Below, piece after piece: positions 10,832 to 24,857 of a stretch of 64,000 nucleotides of DNA (its first letter is position 1; every line of letters starts with the position of its first letter). The position numbers and the translations under genes are program-made. Origin of the DNA: Octopus sinensis (lineage: Eukaryota); contig NC_043001.1 of assembly GCF_006345805.1 (NCBI RefSeq), forward strand, positions 57,970,001 through 58,034,000, given 5' to 3'. The notes beneath the pieces were generated by a model that did not search any database, was not told the origin of the DNA, and was given only the letters and a program-made list of their open reading frames with translations.

Positions 10832-13800
10832 ATATTATATCATATTATATTATATTATATTATATTATATTATATTACATTATATTATATATTATATTAT
10901 ATATTTGTGTGCTCGTTTGTGTGTTTCATTTGTGCTGGAGTTGCGCGATAAACACGTACATATACGTGCATACACATCTACATACAAAAATATGCATACT
11001 GACGTACACGCAACATTCATAAACACACACATCTATACATGCATCGAAAATAGGTAAGAGCACGTAGGTCGGTCGTCCATTCAATTACCCTTAAGTTCCT
11101 TCCAATACTATATTAAAAGCGACAAGACACTGCTTCCTTCTACAGGCACGCAATCCAAGAAATTTAGTTTGGTAACACTATTTTCATGGATTTGATATCT
11201 CAAAGCCAATCTCTCAGGCGTTCAATTATTCATGTTTATGTTTGTTTACATAGCCAGGTATATTTAATGTAACATATACGAACGAAACACTATAAGCGGT
11301 ATGCACGAGTATAAATTTGTGATTAGTTAACAATGGATGTATCCCCCAATTTTTAAAGAAGCATGCATAATCGCTTGTCATTTGACTAAAATAGTGTATT
11401 ACGTTTGTTTTGTGTCACTAGAATAAACAATTTTATTGAAATACTAAATCTCTGTTCCGTATTTTTAACATTGTTAGTGCATTCTTATCCTTGTATAACT
11501 CGGCAAGGCTTTGATATCAATGTGTTTTTGGTAACTTCCACATGTATATCTACTGTCGGCATAGTCTATTACAACATAGGCATTCGTATCTTACTTACGA
11601 CCTTAGTAGTTATCTTTTGTTCCTAAAGTGCGAAGGCATGTCCTTCTAGATGGGGTATGTTCTGTCTATTACAGACAAGGATACGCTAGTTATCTCGTTA
11701 AAGATGTTGGTATATTCATACTTGGTATATTCATGACATTAAGAAAATGAAAAGAGTGTTTCTTCAACGCACTGTTTAAGTAGTTTATTCCGAATAATGT
11801 TGGTTCACTCAGGTTGAACGTAAACTTGAAATATCTGCATAGGTGCTAAATCTACTTTCAAAGCGTTATTATATTTACTGCAGATTTAACATATGATGCA
11901 TTCATTGCATCATATAAAGTTTAGTAGAATGTATCTGCCTGATCGATGTATCGCAAAAAGTTGTCTATAATGATTTAAGCCTCTGTATGTATCCATTCTT
12001 ATAAAGCAGATCCAATCAGATTTGGTGTGAAAATTACCAGTGATCGTATATTCAAATGTTTTTGCTTGTGTTGTAAATTTCCTCTAGTGCTCAGTTTAAT
12101 ATTTTAAATGTAATTAATACCAATGTTTCATTATTTTGTGGGTATTGATCTTATTGAAAAAGAGACGATTCATGCTTATTGTTCTGTAGACTACTGATAT
12201 TTCCTAGGGGCAGTACTCACAGAAGAACGTAAAATATTTTCCTCAAATTCGATATGTCAGTGGAGATAGAAGAATACAGATAGGCCATTGTTATTGATGT
12301 ATTCGTGTGTGTGTGTGTGGGGGGGGGGTTAAGTATCTCGTCGCCAGTAATGTTATAACAACGATGTGGTGTGCACAAGGGTGTAGAATAATATTACCCA
12401 AATAATTATTTGGACGTGGTTATCCAGAATAACTTCTCGCAGAATTAATATTGTCACACTGAACGTGCTCTGTATTACGCCAAGCGTAGGAACGATATTA
12501 AATTACACAGTAATCCACTATGAAGGATCAACCCTGTAAACTGCTCGATGTCAACTGCTGACTGTCAACTCGACAGTTCTTTATTTCATTGAAAGGTATC
12601 AGTCCACATTTTCATCAGTTGCGGGTGGTCAGAATTCTTCCACAACAGTTATTCATATACCTCAACTGATGGGCAGTTATAACTTTATTGCCTATGAAAT
12701 AGACATACTAACAAAACTTCATTCTCCGTGAAAATAAGAATAGGTCTTTGGGAGAGTTTGAGGCTTCACTCTTTTCTAAACTTTCACCTGTCCCCTTTTC
12801 ATTTCCCAACAAGGTGTGGCAAAATTTTCAGTAAAAAATACTCACAAAAATATTTTAGATAATTTGACCGATTTACTTTTATGTACACACCAGTTATGTC
12901 TAGTGGTATCATCAAATTTTGTCAATGACTATGTGTGATATATTTTTGTAACATGTATCAATCAGTTGGCATCGCAAGTGTTGCTTAGCTTTATTGGGTT
13001 GCAGCTCTTCGGAAGATTCCATATATATTTTTGTCTGACAAAAGAGAATACATTTCTAAATTGGCAAAAGTAAATGGAATATTACATATAAATCGACATT
13101 TATAGTCGTTGTCACTCAACTGTAGAGTAGAAGCGAAAACGTTAACTAAAATGTTAATTCAAATAAATGTTATTGTCAAATTTGATTACATGTAAGTCAC
13201 CATTTGCGCATTGTTTCAAAAGTATCAACTGTTTTCATCAGCATAACTACAGCTTCTAATACTGCTATATTCGAATTCTTTTATTAAAATATTTTAATGC
13301 ATTCATTTATAATCACACACACACAAACACACACACACATACACACATACACTCGTGCAAACACACACGAAAACACACATACAAACACACACATATAAAC
13401 ACTCCAACTAACGCATACAACTTTCCATTTACTAAAATATTAGAATGAAATGAATACATCATGAAGAGATTTATCATCAAGGTTGAAAACAGTACGTTTG
13501 TAAACGGATTAATTACATTTGGTAAACAGCTTATTAGAGAAAAAGTCAGATAAGTTTAATACAAAATGAATAGTTGTCTGCTAGATTCAGGCTATAACAT
13601 TCATCAACTATAACTTGAATGTCTAATCCAGTTCCATATAAGATTAAATTGCGTATATGTTGTATTGTATATCATGAATCCACGATCGTCTTATTCTACA
13701 CTTCTCCGTGTCTTTCAGGATTTTCATCATTACAATGTTGAAATTACTTTCTACAATACCAGAAGAAAGTAAAAAATTCTGCATTCTTCATGTCGAACCA

Positions 13801-14610
13801 GTTAACTAGCACATCAGTGGTCGTTTGACGAGCTAGATACAGCAGTGAAATCTACTTCTAAACACAAGCACGAACTGATGTAAGGGAGCATTAGGAAACG
13901 TAGAGCAGTGTGTTCCTAAAAAAACTGCGATAATATGAGTTCGAAAACTTATTGTAATAGATCGCTTATGGTAAGAAAAAGCATATGGTAACAGATTGCA
14001 ATGAAAGCTGACCAGAGTGCGCGCAACAAAAATCAAAAATAAATAACTGAAGCAGCATTTGATATAGTAATAACAAGAATGTCCACATTGATGCGAAAAT
14101 GAAACTGCCTATATATATGACCGCATAATCTATCATAAATAGTTGTCAAATCATTTTCATACAAAAAGCATTTGTTTCTGTCATCGGAGAACGCGCTGAA
14201 TAATGAGATATTGTCCTCAAGAAAAAGATGCATACGCGTTGATTTGGGCCTAAACTACAATATCTATGATAGCAATATTTTAATGTTTCTTCTACATATA
14301 ATTAAACTACCATGTATATTGTTTTAGCCTTATACTATTGTTGGAAAACAACATGGTGTTATGCTTTATATTTGGCTGCATGAGATGAAGAATTGTCTTC
14401 AGAGGCTCGACGTCACATTGGAGGATGCAAAGGGCTGGTACAGGACCGCTAGTGATCGAGAGCACTGGTGGACCTCTTCTAATCTACGCATCGTGACATC
14501 TCTGGAAGCACTGATCTCGGATAACCCCAGCGACATAAAGCAAGAGCACGAATCATTGGTGATTTTGTTTCCTCCGTCCTCCTTTTGTCTTGGACTTTCG
14601 TACCTCTCCT

Positions 14611-14645
14611 GTTTCTGACGAAGATCTTTGCTCGAAACGTAAAAC
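14611..14645 (+). ncRNA. Minimal Penelope-type hammerhead motif, stem II mismatched
   Basis: GUUU-CUGACGA-A-GAUC(UUU)GCUC-GAAACGUA^-AAAC. Stem I is GUUU/AAAC and palindromic ACGU replaces stem III; (TA)n follows at about 14750. Confidence 0.6.
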
Positions 14646-14745
14646 TACGTGTCTTGCCTTTCATAAGCGTCTGCTAATACTTTGCATGTACCACATCCTC
14701 ATGTTGTTTTCTTTTTTTTCTTGGTGTGTTTCTTCTTCGTATTTT

Positions 14746-14789
<44 letters not shown>

Positions 14790-15546
14790 ATTCCCTGCTT
14801 TATATAGGTAAGTGCATTCTATTTATCAAACAAAATTTTGGCATTTTGCGCACTAGTCGTCGTGACATCAATTTGGCGAAATCTGCCCCAAAGCGTAAAA
14901 TTTCGCCATCATACGCAATTGCACAAAAATGACGATGACATAGGTTCGCTACAAGAATCTGCTCATGTTTTCGTCAAATTGGTCCTACTCATTACTATCG
15001 ATTTTAAATTTTTGGAAAATGTCAAAATATGAGGAAAAATGTTTCATGGCTATAAACAGTAATCTTATTAACGGTAATTTATTTAGCATTGTTTTGATTT
15101 GCTAAAATTTATTATTTCAATTCATTGTTTTAATTTCCTAGCGTTTCAGATTTTAAATAGGAAGTTGCAGTTTATTTCTCAAGCATTTTCTATTCAGTAT
15201 TTCAGGCATAACCATATATATACTTACTGACAATCAAACTACATTTATGCAAAGTACAACTTATATACAAGATTTAACTTATCAGTATACCTACCCTTGA
15301 CTTGCGAATACTTTGGAGGTCAGATTTACGTTAAGTTACTACATGAACCTTAGCTCTTATAGAACGTTCAGGATCTTATATCAGTCTTTTAAAACAGGGG
15401 ACATTGTCACGTGAGCATGAACTTACTTAAAAATTCAGGACTTCTTATCCACCTTATCAAACTTGCAAAAGGGGTTTTAGTCCTCAAATTGGATAACCCT
15501 AGTTATTTTGTCAAAACACGAAACATATGTGGCTTTAACATTCTAA

Positions 15547-15735
15547 CTTGAATGGATTTCGTAGATGGAAACCGAAAGAAGATTGCTGTATATATGTGTA
15601 TATTTCTCTGTGTGTGTCTGTGTTTGTAACGCCACCATTGCTTGGCAACCGATGTTGCTGTGTTTACTTTTCCATAACTTAGCGGTTGCGCAAAATCCAC
15701 TGACAGAAGTACTAGGCTTACAAAGAATAAATCCG
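15547..15735 (+). mobile_element. SINE body fragment (family of 38500-38900)
   Basis: GGATTTCGTAGATGGAAACCGAAAGAAG...CTTGGCAACCGATG...CTTAGCGGTT...TACTAGGCTTACAAAGAATAA matches the reverse complement of 38590-38780. Confidence 0.75.
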
Positions 15736-15739
15736 GCAA

Positions 15740-15860
15740 CTGAACTCATAGGTACCTTAAGCTCTGCAGAGATCTTTCTGTACCTATCGTCACTCATATG
15801 AATGTCATGAGTATGCCCAAGGAGGTCTTGACTAATTTGTTTACTTTTAGTCATGATAAT
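15740..15860 (-). mobile_element. Tc1-like transposase N-terminal remnant
   Basis: MTKSKQISQDL...RYRKISAELKVPMSSV resembles the Tc1 paired-like HTH start (KSKELSxDLR...GYKKISxxLxVPxSTV). Confidence 0.55.
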
Positions 15861-16197
15861 GATAACTTTACGGTGATATTGTCAAAAGCAATGGCCATAA
15901 AAGCTTACATACGAAACTTCTCGAGTCTACTACTACGTTATAGATATACTGTGGAAAAAGAATATCCTGAGAATATCGTGAGAATTATTCAATTGAGCTA
16001 AATGCGGTGTAAACTTTTGGGTTTTGAGTTTCAACTTTTTCCTATATATATATATATATATATATATGTTCATTCTAATTGTTGCATTGAATTTATTACG
16101 AAAATCGTCATAAATGGTGGAAATTTCATTCACCTTCGGTCACTCAATATATGTAAACTGGGGTGTTTTAGTTTTTGTGTTAATATTTTGCAGGTTA

Positions 16198-16256
<59 letters not shown>

Positions 16257-17631
16257 CCCGCAAAAGTAAACTTTTGCGAATTAGCAATTGAAAGATGCTG
16301 TGTGGAGCAGAAACAAATGTTGCCTTTTGCTATTTTCTATCTTCGTATTATATCATTCCTGTATTAATCGTATGCAGTTGTGGAGTTCTAAATGTCTATC
16401 CAGCCTACATGAAAACTATCCTGCTGTAGAGTGGTATGCGGTGGTCAACAACTGAATAGGAGCATTTAAATGCACTTCATGAAGCATTTATATATTACGT
16501 ATATTTATGCTTATATTCCAAGTAGATGTAAAAGTTGTTTCTTTGCTCTTTGCACGAGCTTGCGAATTGACTTATGATGGTTAGTGTGATCTGTTACATT
16601 TGTTATAATATCGCCAAACTAGCAACGCTAATAAGAGTGAAATCAAAAACAACAGAAACTGAAATTGATACTTTGTTTGGGAGACAATTGAACAGTTTAG
16701 AATCTCCAGTGTTAGTCGAACAAGCAGCTACGGATCTGCTTTGGATTACGGCTTCGTATTCAGTTTTGTTTTTTCGAAAGAATCCTGTTTCCTTGTGCCT
16801 AATGCCTAAAATAATAGGTAAACAAGATTACAAAGAAAATGATGCAAAAAGAATTGCACATGCGTGTTTGTATGTATGCGAAAATGCTTGTTTGTGTTTG
16901 TATATGAGGATGTTGAAAAGAGACACAAAGACGAATAACGAACAGAGGGAAGAACTGATATTTTCTGGTATATATCTGCTTCACCACATAGTAAACCCCC
17001 TCACATATACATAGCTTCTTTCAATCTGTGTAGTCTTCAGATTTAAGTTTCTTTGAAGAACCGCAAACACAAGAGGAGAGAGAGAATGAGAGAGAGACAC
17101 ACACAAACAGAGACAAAGACAGAAAGAGAGAGAGAGAGAGAGAAGGAAGGAAAGAGATAGAACGAGAGAGATTATGAGGCATTGAGAATAAAGAATCACA
17201 CTGCGTGTATATGCATGTGTGAGTTTATGTGCATGCGTTAGTGTCCTTATGTGAATGTACTGGTGGCATTATGTTTATATTTATTTCTATTGGTGTAGTT
17301 TTTATGTATCTGAAACAGCACAGCTGGTCAAAAACACTGTTATGTGAAAATGTTAGCCAAGACATTTTAGAAAGTATACATCGATAAATTAAGTACAGGG
17401 TTGAAACAAGTACTGGAATCCATGTGAAAAAAAGCGTTCTTGAGGGACCCTCGACATGACAGTAGTCTCTTGTGGGAAAACATTAAAAGAATAAACGTAT
17501 ATAAAAATGTATTTAAGTATTTTAGCTTGATAGGTATTTTCGTTGGTTATATGGGAGAACATACAAAAATGAAAAGAAAATGGAGGAGAGACGGATGCAG
17601 AGAATGATAGAACGGACTAAAAGCGCCCAGC

Positions 17632-17938
17632 TTCCATGGCAGCAAGTATAGGTTAATATCGGTTTTTATGAACACACGTCCCCTATCTGACATAGACTCA
17701 GTTTCTCATCTACGCAGCACCACTCTACAATTTCATTTTCTTTTTCTTTGTTTTTTCATCTTTCTGTATCTCATTTATTCTCTCTCTCAATCATTTACTT
17801 ATTTACTCTGTATACAGAAATTTATGTTTTGAATATATACATGTAAGAAAGTATTTTTCTTACATTCGACTTATTCATGTGCGCATTAGAATTATTTATA
17901 TTTGCTTCTATATCATTATTAATTGTAGTATCATCACG

Positions 17939-18003
<65 letters not shown>

Positions 18004-18027
18004 AATCATCATCATCATCATCATCAA

Positions 18028-18113
<86 letters not shown>

Positions 18114-18864
18114 TATCATCATTATCATCATTATCATCATTATCATCAACATATTCATCATTATCATATACTTTTTCAGGAAAAATTTAGGTATCCCTTC
18201 AGAGAACAGGATTCTTCTTCTTCTTCTTCTTCTTCTTCTTCTTCTTCTTCTTCTTCTTCTTCTTCTTCTTCTTCTTCTTCTTCTTCTTCTTCTTCTTCTT
18301 CTTCTTTTTCTTCTTCTCTTCTTCTTCATGTTCTTTTTTTCTTTTCTTCTTCTTTCGCCGCCGCCTTCTTCTCCTCATCCTCCTTCCTCTTGTTACTCCT
18401 CCTCCTTCTTATCTTTCTTCCTCTTCTTATTGTTGTTGTTGCTGTTGTTATTATTGTTATTATTACTACTATTACTGTTATATGTTGATTTTTTTCTAGT
18501 AATATTTTGTGTTTTGTTACGATATTACCGTCTATACACTTTGCGAGAAAACTTTAATACACATATACAGCATTATTTGTTGACTATTATGTAGAAATTC
18601 GGTAAGAAAAGAAATGTTTTCCCCACTGTTCCATAGCAATTCGACAGCGCTATTATGACTGTTAGGAATATCTCCCGTTTACAGAAAAAGCAAATTGATT
18701 ATATGTTTCCATGGCAGCAAGTATAGGTTAATATCGGTTTTTATGAACACACGTCCCCTATCTGACATAGACTCAGTTTCTCATCTACGCAGCACCACTC
18801 TACAATTTCATTTTCCTTTTCTTTGTTTTTTCATCTTTCTGTATCTCATTTATTCTCTCTCTCA
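17632..18864 (+). repeat. 158-bp direct repeat pair (17632-17789 and 18707-18864)
   Basis: Identical except for one base; offset 1075. Confidence 0.9.
17929..18480. repeat. (TCA)n, (TTC)n and (TTG/TTA)n microsatellite block
   Basis: Direct reading. Confidence 0.95.
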
Positions 18865-19238
18865 CTCATTTCCAATACTGCTCATTCTCCTCTCTCGCAC
18901 CATATACCTACATGCATACGTACATATATACATATATACGTACATGCATATATATGTGTAATGCGTAATATATCTCGAGATAAAAGATGAGTGTGTAATT
19001 AAGCCGGTTCATGCAGACGCGCGCGCGCTAGTTTTGAGTGTTTGCGTTCATTTTTGGTGCAGCCACAGGTTATTGTACCATCATTTATTGTCAAGTATGT
19101 TTTATCCCTCCAACCCTTCATCGGTATATTACAATTTCTAGAAGAACATTATATTCTTGTCTACTTCAAATGCATACTAGTGTAGTGAGCCAGAAATACA
19201 CGTATCTTCGCTTTATAGATGCATACATACATACATAC

Positions 19239-19312
<74 letters not shown>

Positions 19313-19376
19313 TCACGTATACACACGCATATATGTAAGTAAGTAAATATATATATTTATACGCACACGCACACAC

Positions 19377-19421
<45 letters not shown>

Positions 19422-19557
19422 TACACATATATACTTATATTTGTATATATATATGTATATATAATTATTTTAATAATTTAATAATAATTATTACCTAAAA
19501 GGTTTTTATTACCATACTGGCCACTTGATGTGATCGGTATTTTAATAACGCTCTCAT

Positions 19558-19587
<30 letters not shown>

Positions 19588-19591
<4 letters not shown>

Positions 19592-19945
19592 CTCAATCTC
19601 CTAGAAATGAGAATGTTCATTCCAAGAATACAGATCAGATCCATGAGTGGAACTGTAAATATCTGAAAAACTTTCCAGAAGTTTTTCATTAAAATATATA
19701 TGTGCATGTTTATATATGCAAGTGTATATGAAAATACTTCCATAAAACATGACACGCAAATCTGCACAAATTCATACATACATTCATACATATGTACATG
19801 CATACATACCTACATAATACATACATACAACGGAAAATACCCTGTTGCAGACGTTGAAATTGCAATAAAGAAGCCTTTGATCTAGTTTACAGACCGTCTC
19901 TTTCTCTATTGGCAAGAAATCTTGAAATAAAACTGAACAATAACA
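19588..19945 (+). mobile_element. RLE-type LINE 3' end, second family
   Basis: Shares the ORF end and 3' UTR CTATTGGCAAGAAATCTTGAAATAAAACTGAA with 24600-24857 and 59566-59880. Confidence 0.7.
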
Positions 19946-20364
19946 TATATACGTACATCCATACCTGCATACCTACGTACATATATAAATACATTTATGC
20001 ATTAATATATTTAACGATTTTCTGCGCTCTGCTACTTTCCAGAAAGTGAAAAAGTCATAATATGTAACAATTTAGAGAATACATTTCAAAGAAACATCAT
20101 ACATGTTAAAAAGGCGAAAAAAGCACTATCGAACAAGAAGAGAAGAGGTGGCGACCATAATTTGTTTGAAAATATATATATACACAAAGAGATATGTTAG
20201 TTGGAAGCTGACAATAGTAAGTATCTGTCTGATGTGGTTTGTTAATGTAGAATAAGAGGGATAGTAAACAGTACAAAAGAAGAAATTTATAAACTTTGTA
20301 GGTGTTAAAATAGAATCACTATTGTAGAATCACTATAAGTATATATGTATGTGTGTATGTGTGT

Positions 20365-20411
<47 letters not shown>

Positions 20412-20433
20412 AGTATTTTCACGTATATATATA

Positions 20434-21674
20434 TTAGGTCATCAACTATAAAATTTATAGTAAAGTATATGGCTAAATTTGACAGTTGCTCATTATGCGC
20501 TATTATTACATTTTGACAATCTTTATTTTTTTTTAGAAAGCGGGCACATCTATTTCTTTATTCTAACTCCTTTTGCGCTTTATAACGTATTTATAAATCG
20601 TTTTTTTTTTTATTTGCTGTCTTTGTTTAGAGATGGATAAGTCGGAAATTCATACAGTTTTGAAATCTGAGTTCTTTCTTGGAAATACCGCATCATAGAC
20701 AGCTCGGAATGTTAATGGTGTATTTTATTATAATATTATTACACATCAGACAATATCAAATTGATTTGCAACTTTTCTTTCTGGTAACGTTTCTGGTCGA
20801 CCAGAAAGGTAGATTATTATGAACTGAGAGTTAGATCCATCTCAAAATGTCCGTGAATTATCGTTGTTGTTTGGTGTTAGCAAGGAAACAATATTGACTC
20901 ACCTAGTTCAAATCGGTAATGTGAAAATGTTGGATAAGTGGGTTCCACATGAACGCAATGAAAATCAGAAACAGCATGGTTTGGAAGCCTGCATTATGCT
21001 ACTTTCTCGTCACAAAAATGAATAATTTTTTATTCGAATTGTAATGTTATGAGAAATGGATCCAATACAAAACCCTAAACGTGCAGCACAATGGTTGGAC
21101 AAAGGCAAGCAACCAAAACACATTCCAAAACGCAAAATTCATCAAAAGAACCTGATGGTGTGTATTTGGTCGTCTGATACAGGTGTGATCCATTATGATT
21201 TTCTTAAACTGGCTCATCAGTCACGGCCGAATAACACTGAAGCCAACTGGACCAAGTGATGCAGAAACTTACAAAAAATAGATCCATTCCAATTTTATTG
21301 CATGACAACGCCAGACCACACATCGCAAAAATGAAATTGGCGAAACTACAAGAGTTGTAGTTCGAGGTACCCCATCATCCACCATACTCACCGGATCTTG
21401 ATCCCACTGACTACCATTTCTTCCAGAATTTGGAATACCTTTTGATAGGAAAAACATTCAATTCCGACGATGCTGTAAAACAGGCTTTCCAAGATTTTAC
21501 TGACTGTAAATTGCTAGACTTTTACAGTTCCGGGCTGAATAAGCTACCGCTGAAATTGCAAAAGAGTATTGACAATATAGGTGCATATTTTGATGAATAA
21601 AACTATTCTTTGTATATATAAAACATTAGCAAAGTATTTCTTCCTTTCTGCAAATTTTATACTTGACGACCTAA
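20434..21674 (+). mobile_element. Full-length degenerate mariner (DD34D) transposon
   Basis: TIRs TTAGGTCATCAACTATAAAATTT and AAATTTTATACTTGACGACCTAA with TA on both sides. Transposase from ATG 20633 (MDKSEIH...) carries KWVPHE, LHDNARP, HPPYSPDLDPTDYHF and ends GAYFDE* at 21600; it has stops and frameshifts. Confidence 0.93.
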
Positions 21675-23024
21675 TAGTTTAACAGAATGATAAAAACTGT
21701 TATCCTGTTTTCACTTCAATCAAAACGTTTAAATATTTTTGGCAATATCTTTATGGTATTTCTCTGATTCTTTTGCTCTCATACTATCAGGGTATTTCTA
21801 TCTCACTACTTTGTATCCTCTGTTATATTCCTTGTTTCTACAGTTACCATTTTAGTTACAGTTTATCAACGTAGCATCATCTTTGTAGTTCAGCCAAATG
21901 AACTCAGCACCTGTCCATACATAGCAGCCGTCCATACTTAGCACCCGTCCATTGTTTATATATTTTTATTGACTGCTGTAATAATTTTATTGAAAATTGA
22001 TCGAAAACACACAGATTTTCGCTTAACGTCACTGCTACTAATACTCTATTACTTTGCATCACTGTTTTGATGATCCGCCCCCTCATTCTCTCTCTCTCTC
22101 TTGGATCTTGTTTCTCGAGTTCAATGTATTTCCACTCTGATTCTTAACGTTGTTCTTTGCCCTTTTCATTTTAATTCCTAAATCTCTGTTGCTTTTTGAA
22201 ACCTATCGCTGATTTTCAACGTCACCCCAGTTATTACAAGAATTCTGAATTCATTCAAGAATTTTTGTCTGCCTCGTTCTCATTCTTTTTCTGTTATTTT
22301 CTTTTAATTTTTTTTCACTGACACTTGTTTAAATATACTATTTTGCTTATTTCCAGTATCATTTATACATATAGTCGTTCCTTATATTTTAATATCTCGT
22401 GTCAAAGAAATAGTTTCCAAATATATCTATCTTCTTTATTGTCGATATCACTAAATACGGAAAACTTGATACACGCTTTTTTTTTTCTCAGTAAAACCTA
22501 TATTTTATTTGTACTTTATTAACAGCATCACGCACTAATCCAAGTTTTCTATACAACTGCTGTCACCAATGAAGTAAACGATTTGCTCATTCGGGAACAT
22601 AACCTCGAGACAAACGATGAAGGGAGCCTGTTATTGGAGTCTACTGTGTTTTTGTTTGCCCTCATATATAGGTCTTCGTTCCTCTAGCTCTATACTTTTG
22701 CAAATTGCATCCTACCACACGCAACATGCAGCAATAAATACAAGTCCATGTGTTTGCAAGTGACTTCGCCCGTTCGCGCGCGTGCGCGTGTGCATGCGTG
22801 CTATTTATTTGGATAGAGAAATTTCGAAATAAGATTGTAATTTTGTAGATTGAAGCTGCTAATTTCTCTGCTGAAAGCAGTAAAATGTTTATATTTTACA
22901 GTATAATTCCTCAAGGGTACTGCATTATTCTGGAATAATTCTGTCCTCATTGATATTTATGTCAATATCGGGATAATGTGTTTAACAATCAATATTGATC
23001 ATTCCAATATTTATACCAACCATA

Positions 23025-23440
23025 AAGGCGGCGAGCTGGCAGAAACGTTAGCACGTTGACCGAAATGCTTAGCGGTATTTCGTCTGCCGCTACGTTCTTA
23101 GTTCAAATTTCGCCTAGGTCGACTTTGCTTTTCATCCTTTCTGGGTCGATTAAATAAGTACCAGTTACGCATTGGATCGATATAATCGATTTAATCCGTT
23201 TTTCTGTCCTTGTTTGTCCCCTCTATATGTACCCCCTTGCCGGCAGTAAAGAAATAAGAAACGTTACCGCTCCGAGGAAAATGCTTAGGGTCCTTTCGGC
23301 CATCTCTATGTTCTGAGTTCCAGTTCTGCCGAGGTCGATTTCACCTGTCATTATTTCGACGTCGAGAAAATAAATATGCTGGGGTTGATGTAATTGACTT
23401 ATTCCCTCTGCTTAAATCCTGCATATTATGTTTTGGATTA
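23025..23440 (+). mobile_element. Two adjacent tRNA-derived Meta-like SINEs (23025-23256 and about 23257-23440)
   Basis: Head AAGGCGGCGAGCTGGCAGAAACGTTAGC and core GTCGACTTTGCTTTTCATCCTTTCTGGGTCGAT; an older second copy follows immediately. Confidence 0.85.
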
Positions 23441-24334
23441 AGAAACCTCATTTCACTAACAAATTTCTATATGTAAAGAATTACAGCGAAAGAAAACAAC
23501 AGAGAAATAGGGTCTATAATCTATACAAGAGCTGCATGGATTCATTAAAACCTCAAAAAGCAAGTGATGATATATTAATTTTGATACAAAACTATTAATG
23601 CAATAAATCTTGATTGGAATTACTTGATTTGGATTGCTTTTAATCCTTCTAAAAATTGTTTTTCTCATTTCACCAACTCATTATTCATTATTTAACGCAA
23701 AATAACTTCTTCATAAATGTTAATTTTAAGTTCGAATATTCATATACGTTAGATTCAATAATACATGTACTGTCAAACATTACTCCACGTTGTATTTTTG
23801 TTTTTCTCTTCTCTTTTCCAACTAGGTTTTATTGGAATTGTTTGAATACGCCGTTTCACCTTAAACACAAACTATTGCTTTCGTGCAAAATACAGTCTTT
23901 CTTCTTCCTTTATTGCGTTTATTTTTGAAACATGGTATCTATTACAATTTCACTTTCCCTTTTAATCATGTCAATGACAGTCAGTATTTTAGTAATGATT
24001 GTCTAAATTGTTGGTGGGTTTACAAGTACTATATGAGAAGAAAATCAAAGTGAGTAGAGATTTGCTGCCGAAACTTCCAACGAGAGTCGAAATATACACA
24101 GATATATCTCCTCTTTTATTGTGCGCGAACTTATTCCATCGACATAATACACTGTTGGCAGACATATCTATAGCAGATTTTCATAGGGCATTATATAAAT
24201 ATTATTTGCGTAACTACACGTGTACATATATCTGTGACTGAAAGTCGGTGTATAAGCTTATTATAAACACATATAAACACATATACACGTATATAGAAAT
24301 ATATGTATAAATATACGTGAATGAAAATATACAT

Positions 24335-24857
24335 ACAAATGGAAGTAACAGAATGATTTAGGACAGAGAAGAGAAAATTTGTATTGTTTTGGAAATCTGC
24401 CGCCCAGTGGATGTTAACAAAAATCTAAAGATCAGCGAGAAAGAAAATACCTACGCCGAACTATTGAGAAATTTGCCACTTCTTAAATCCAGATTACAAG
24501 TTTAGGTATATGCCTGTAATTATTGGGGCAGTGGGATAGGTAACGCAGTGACTATATAGCAATCTTGAGAAATTAGGCTTCTCAAAACCAGAAAAGAGGA
24601 AGCTAATTCGAAAACTACACATCCAGTCTATCATGAAACTGTAAAGATATTAACACTTTCCACAATTTCATCTTTTTAGTATCCATGAGCACGTCTAGAT
24701 ATGCATAATATTACATATAAAACAAGACATTCATACATACAGGCATACAAAATTCCTCTGTTGATGTTGTTGAAACTCCAATGAAGTAGCCTTGGATTTA
24801 GTTTACAGACCGGCTCTTTATCTATTGGCAAGAAATCTTGAAATAAAACTGAATAAT
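24335..24857 (+). mobile_element. RLE-type (R4/NeSL-like) LINE 3' fragment
   Basis: LEICRPVDVN...KISEKENTYAELLRNL...PVIIGAVG (restriction-like endonuclease end), then a 3' UTR and AATAATAA tail. Confidence 0.75.

Noticed and set aside
15905-15935. GAAACTTCTCGAGTC resembling a hammerhead 3' half
   Set aside because: No upstream CUGANGA or stem II.
18706-18719. GTTTCCATGGCAGC resembling an RFX X-box
   Set aside because: It has a mismatch to the consensus and no identifiable promoter or gene nearby.
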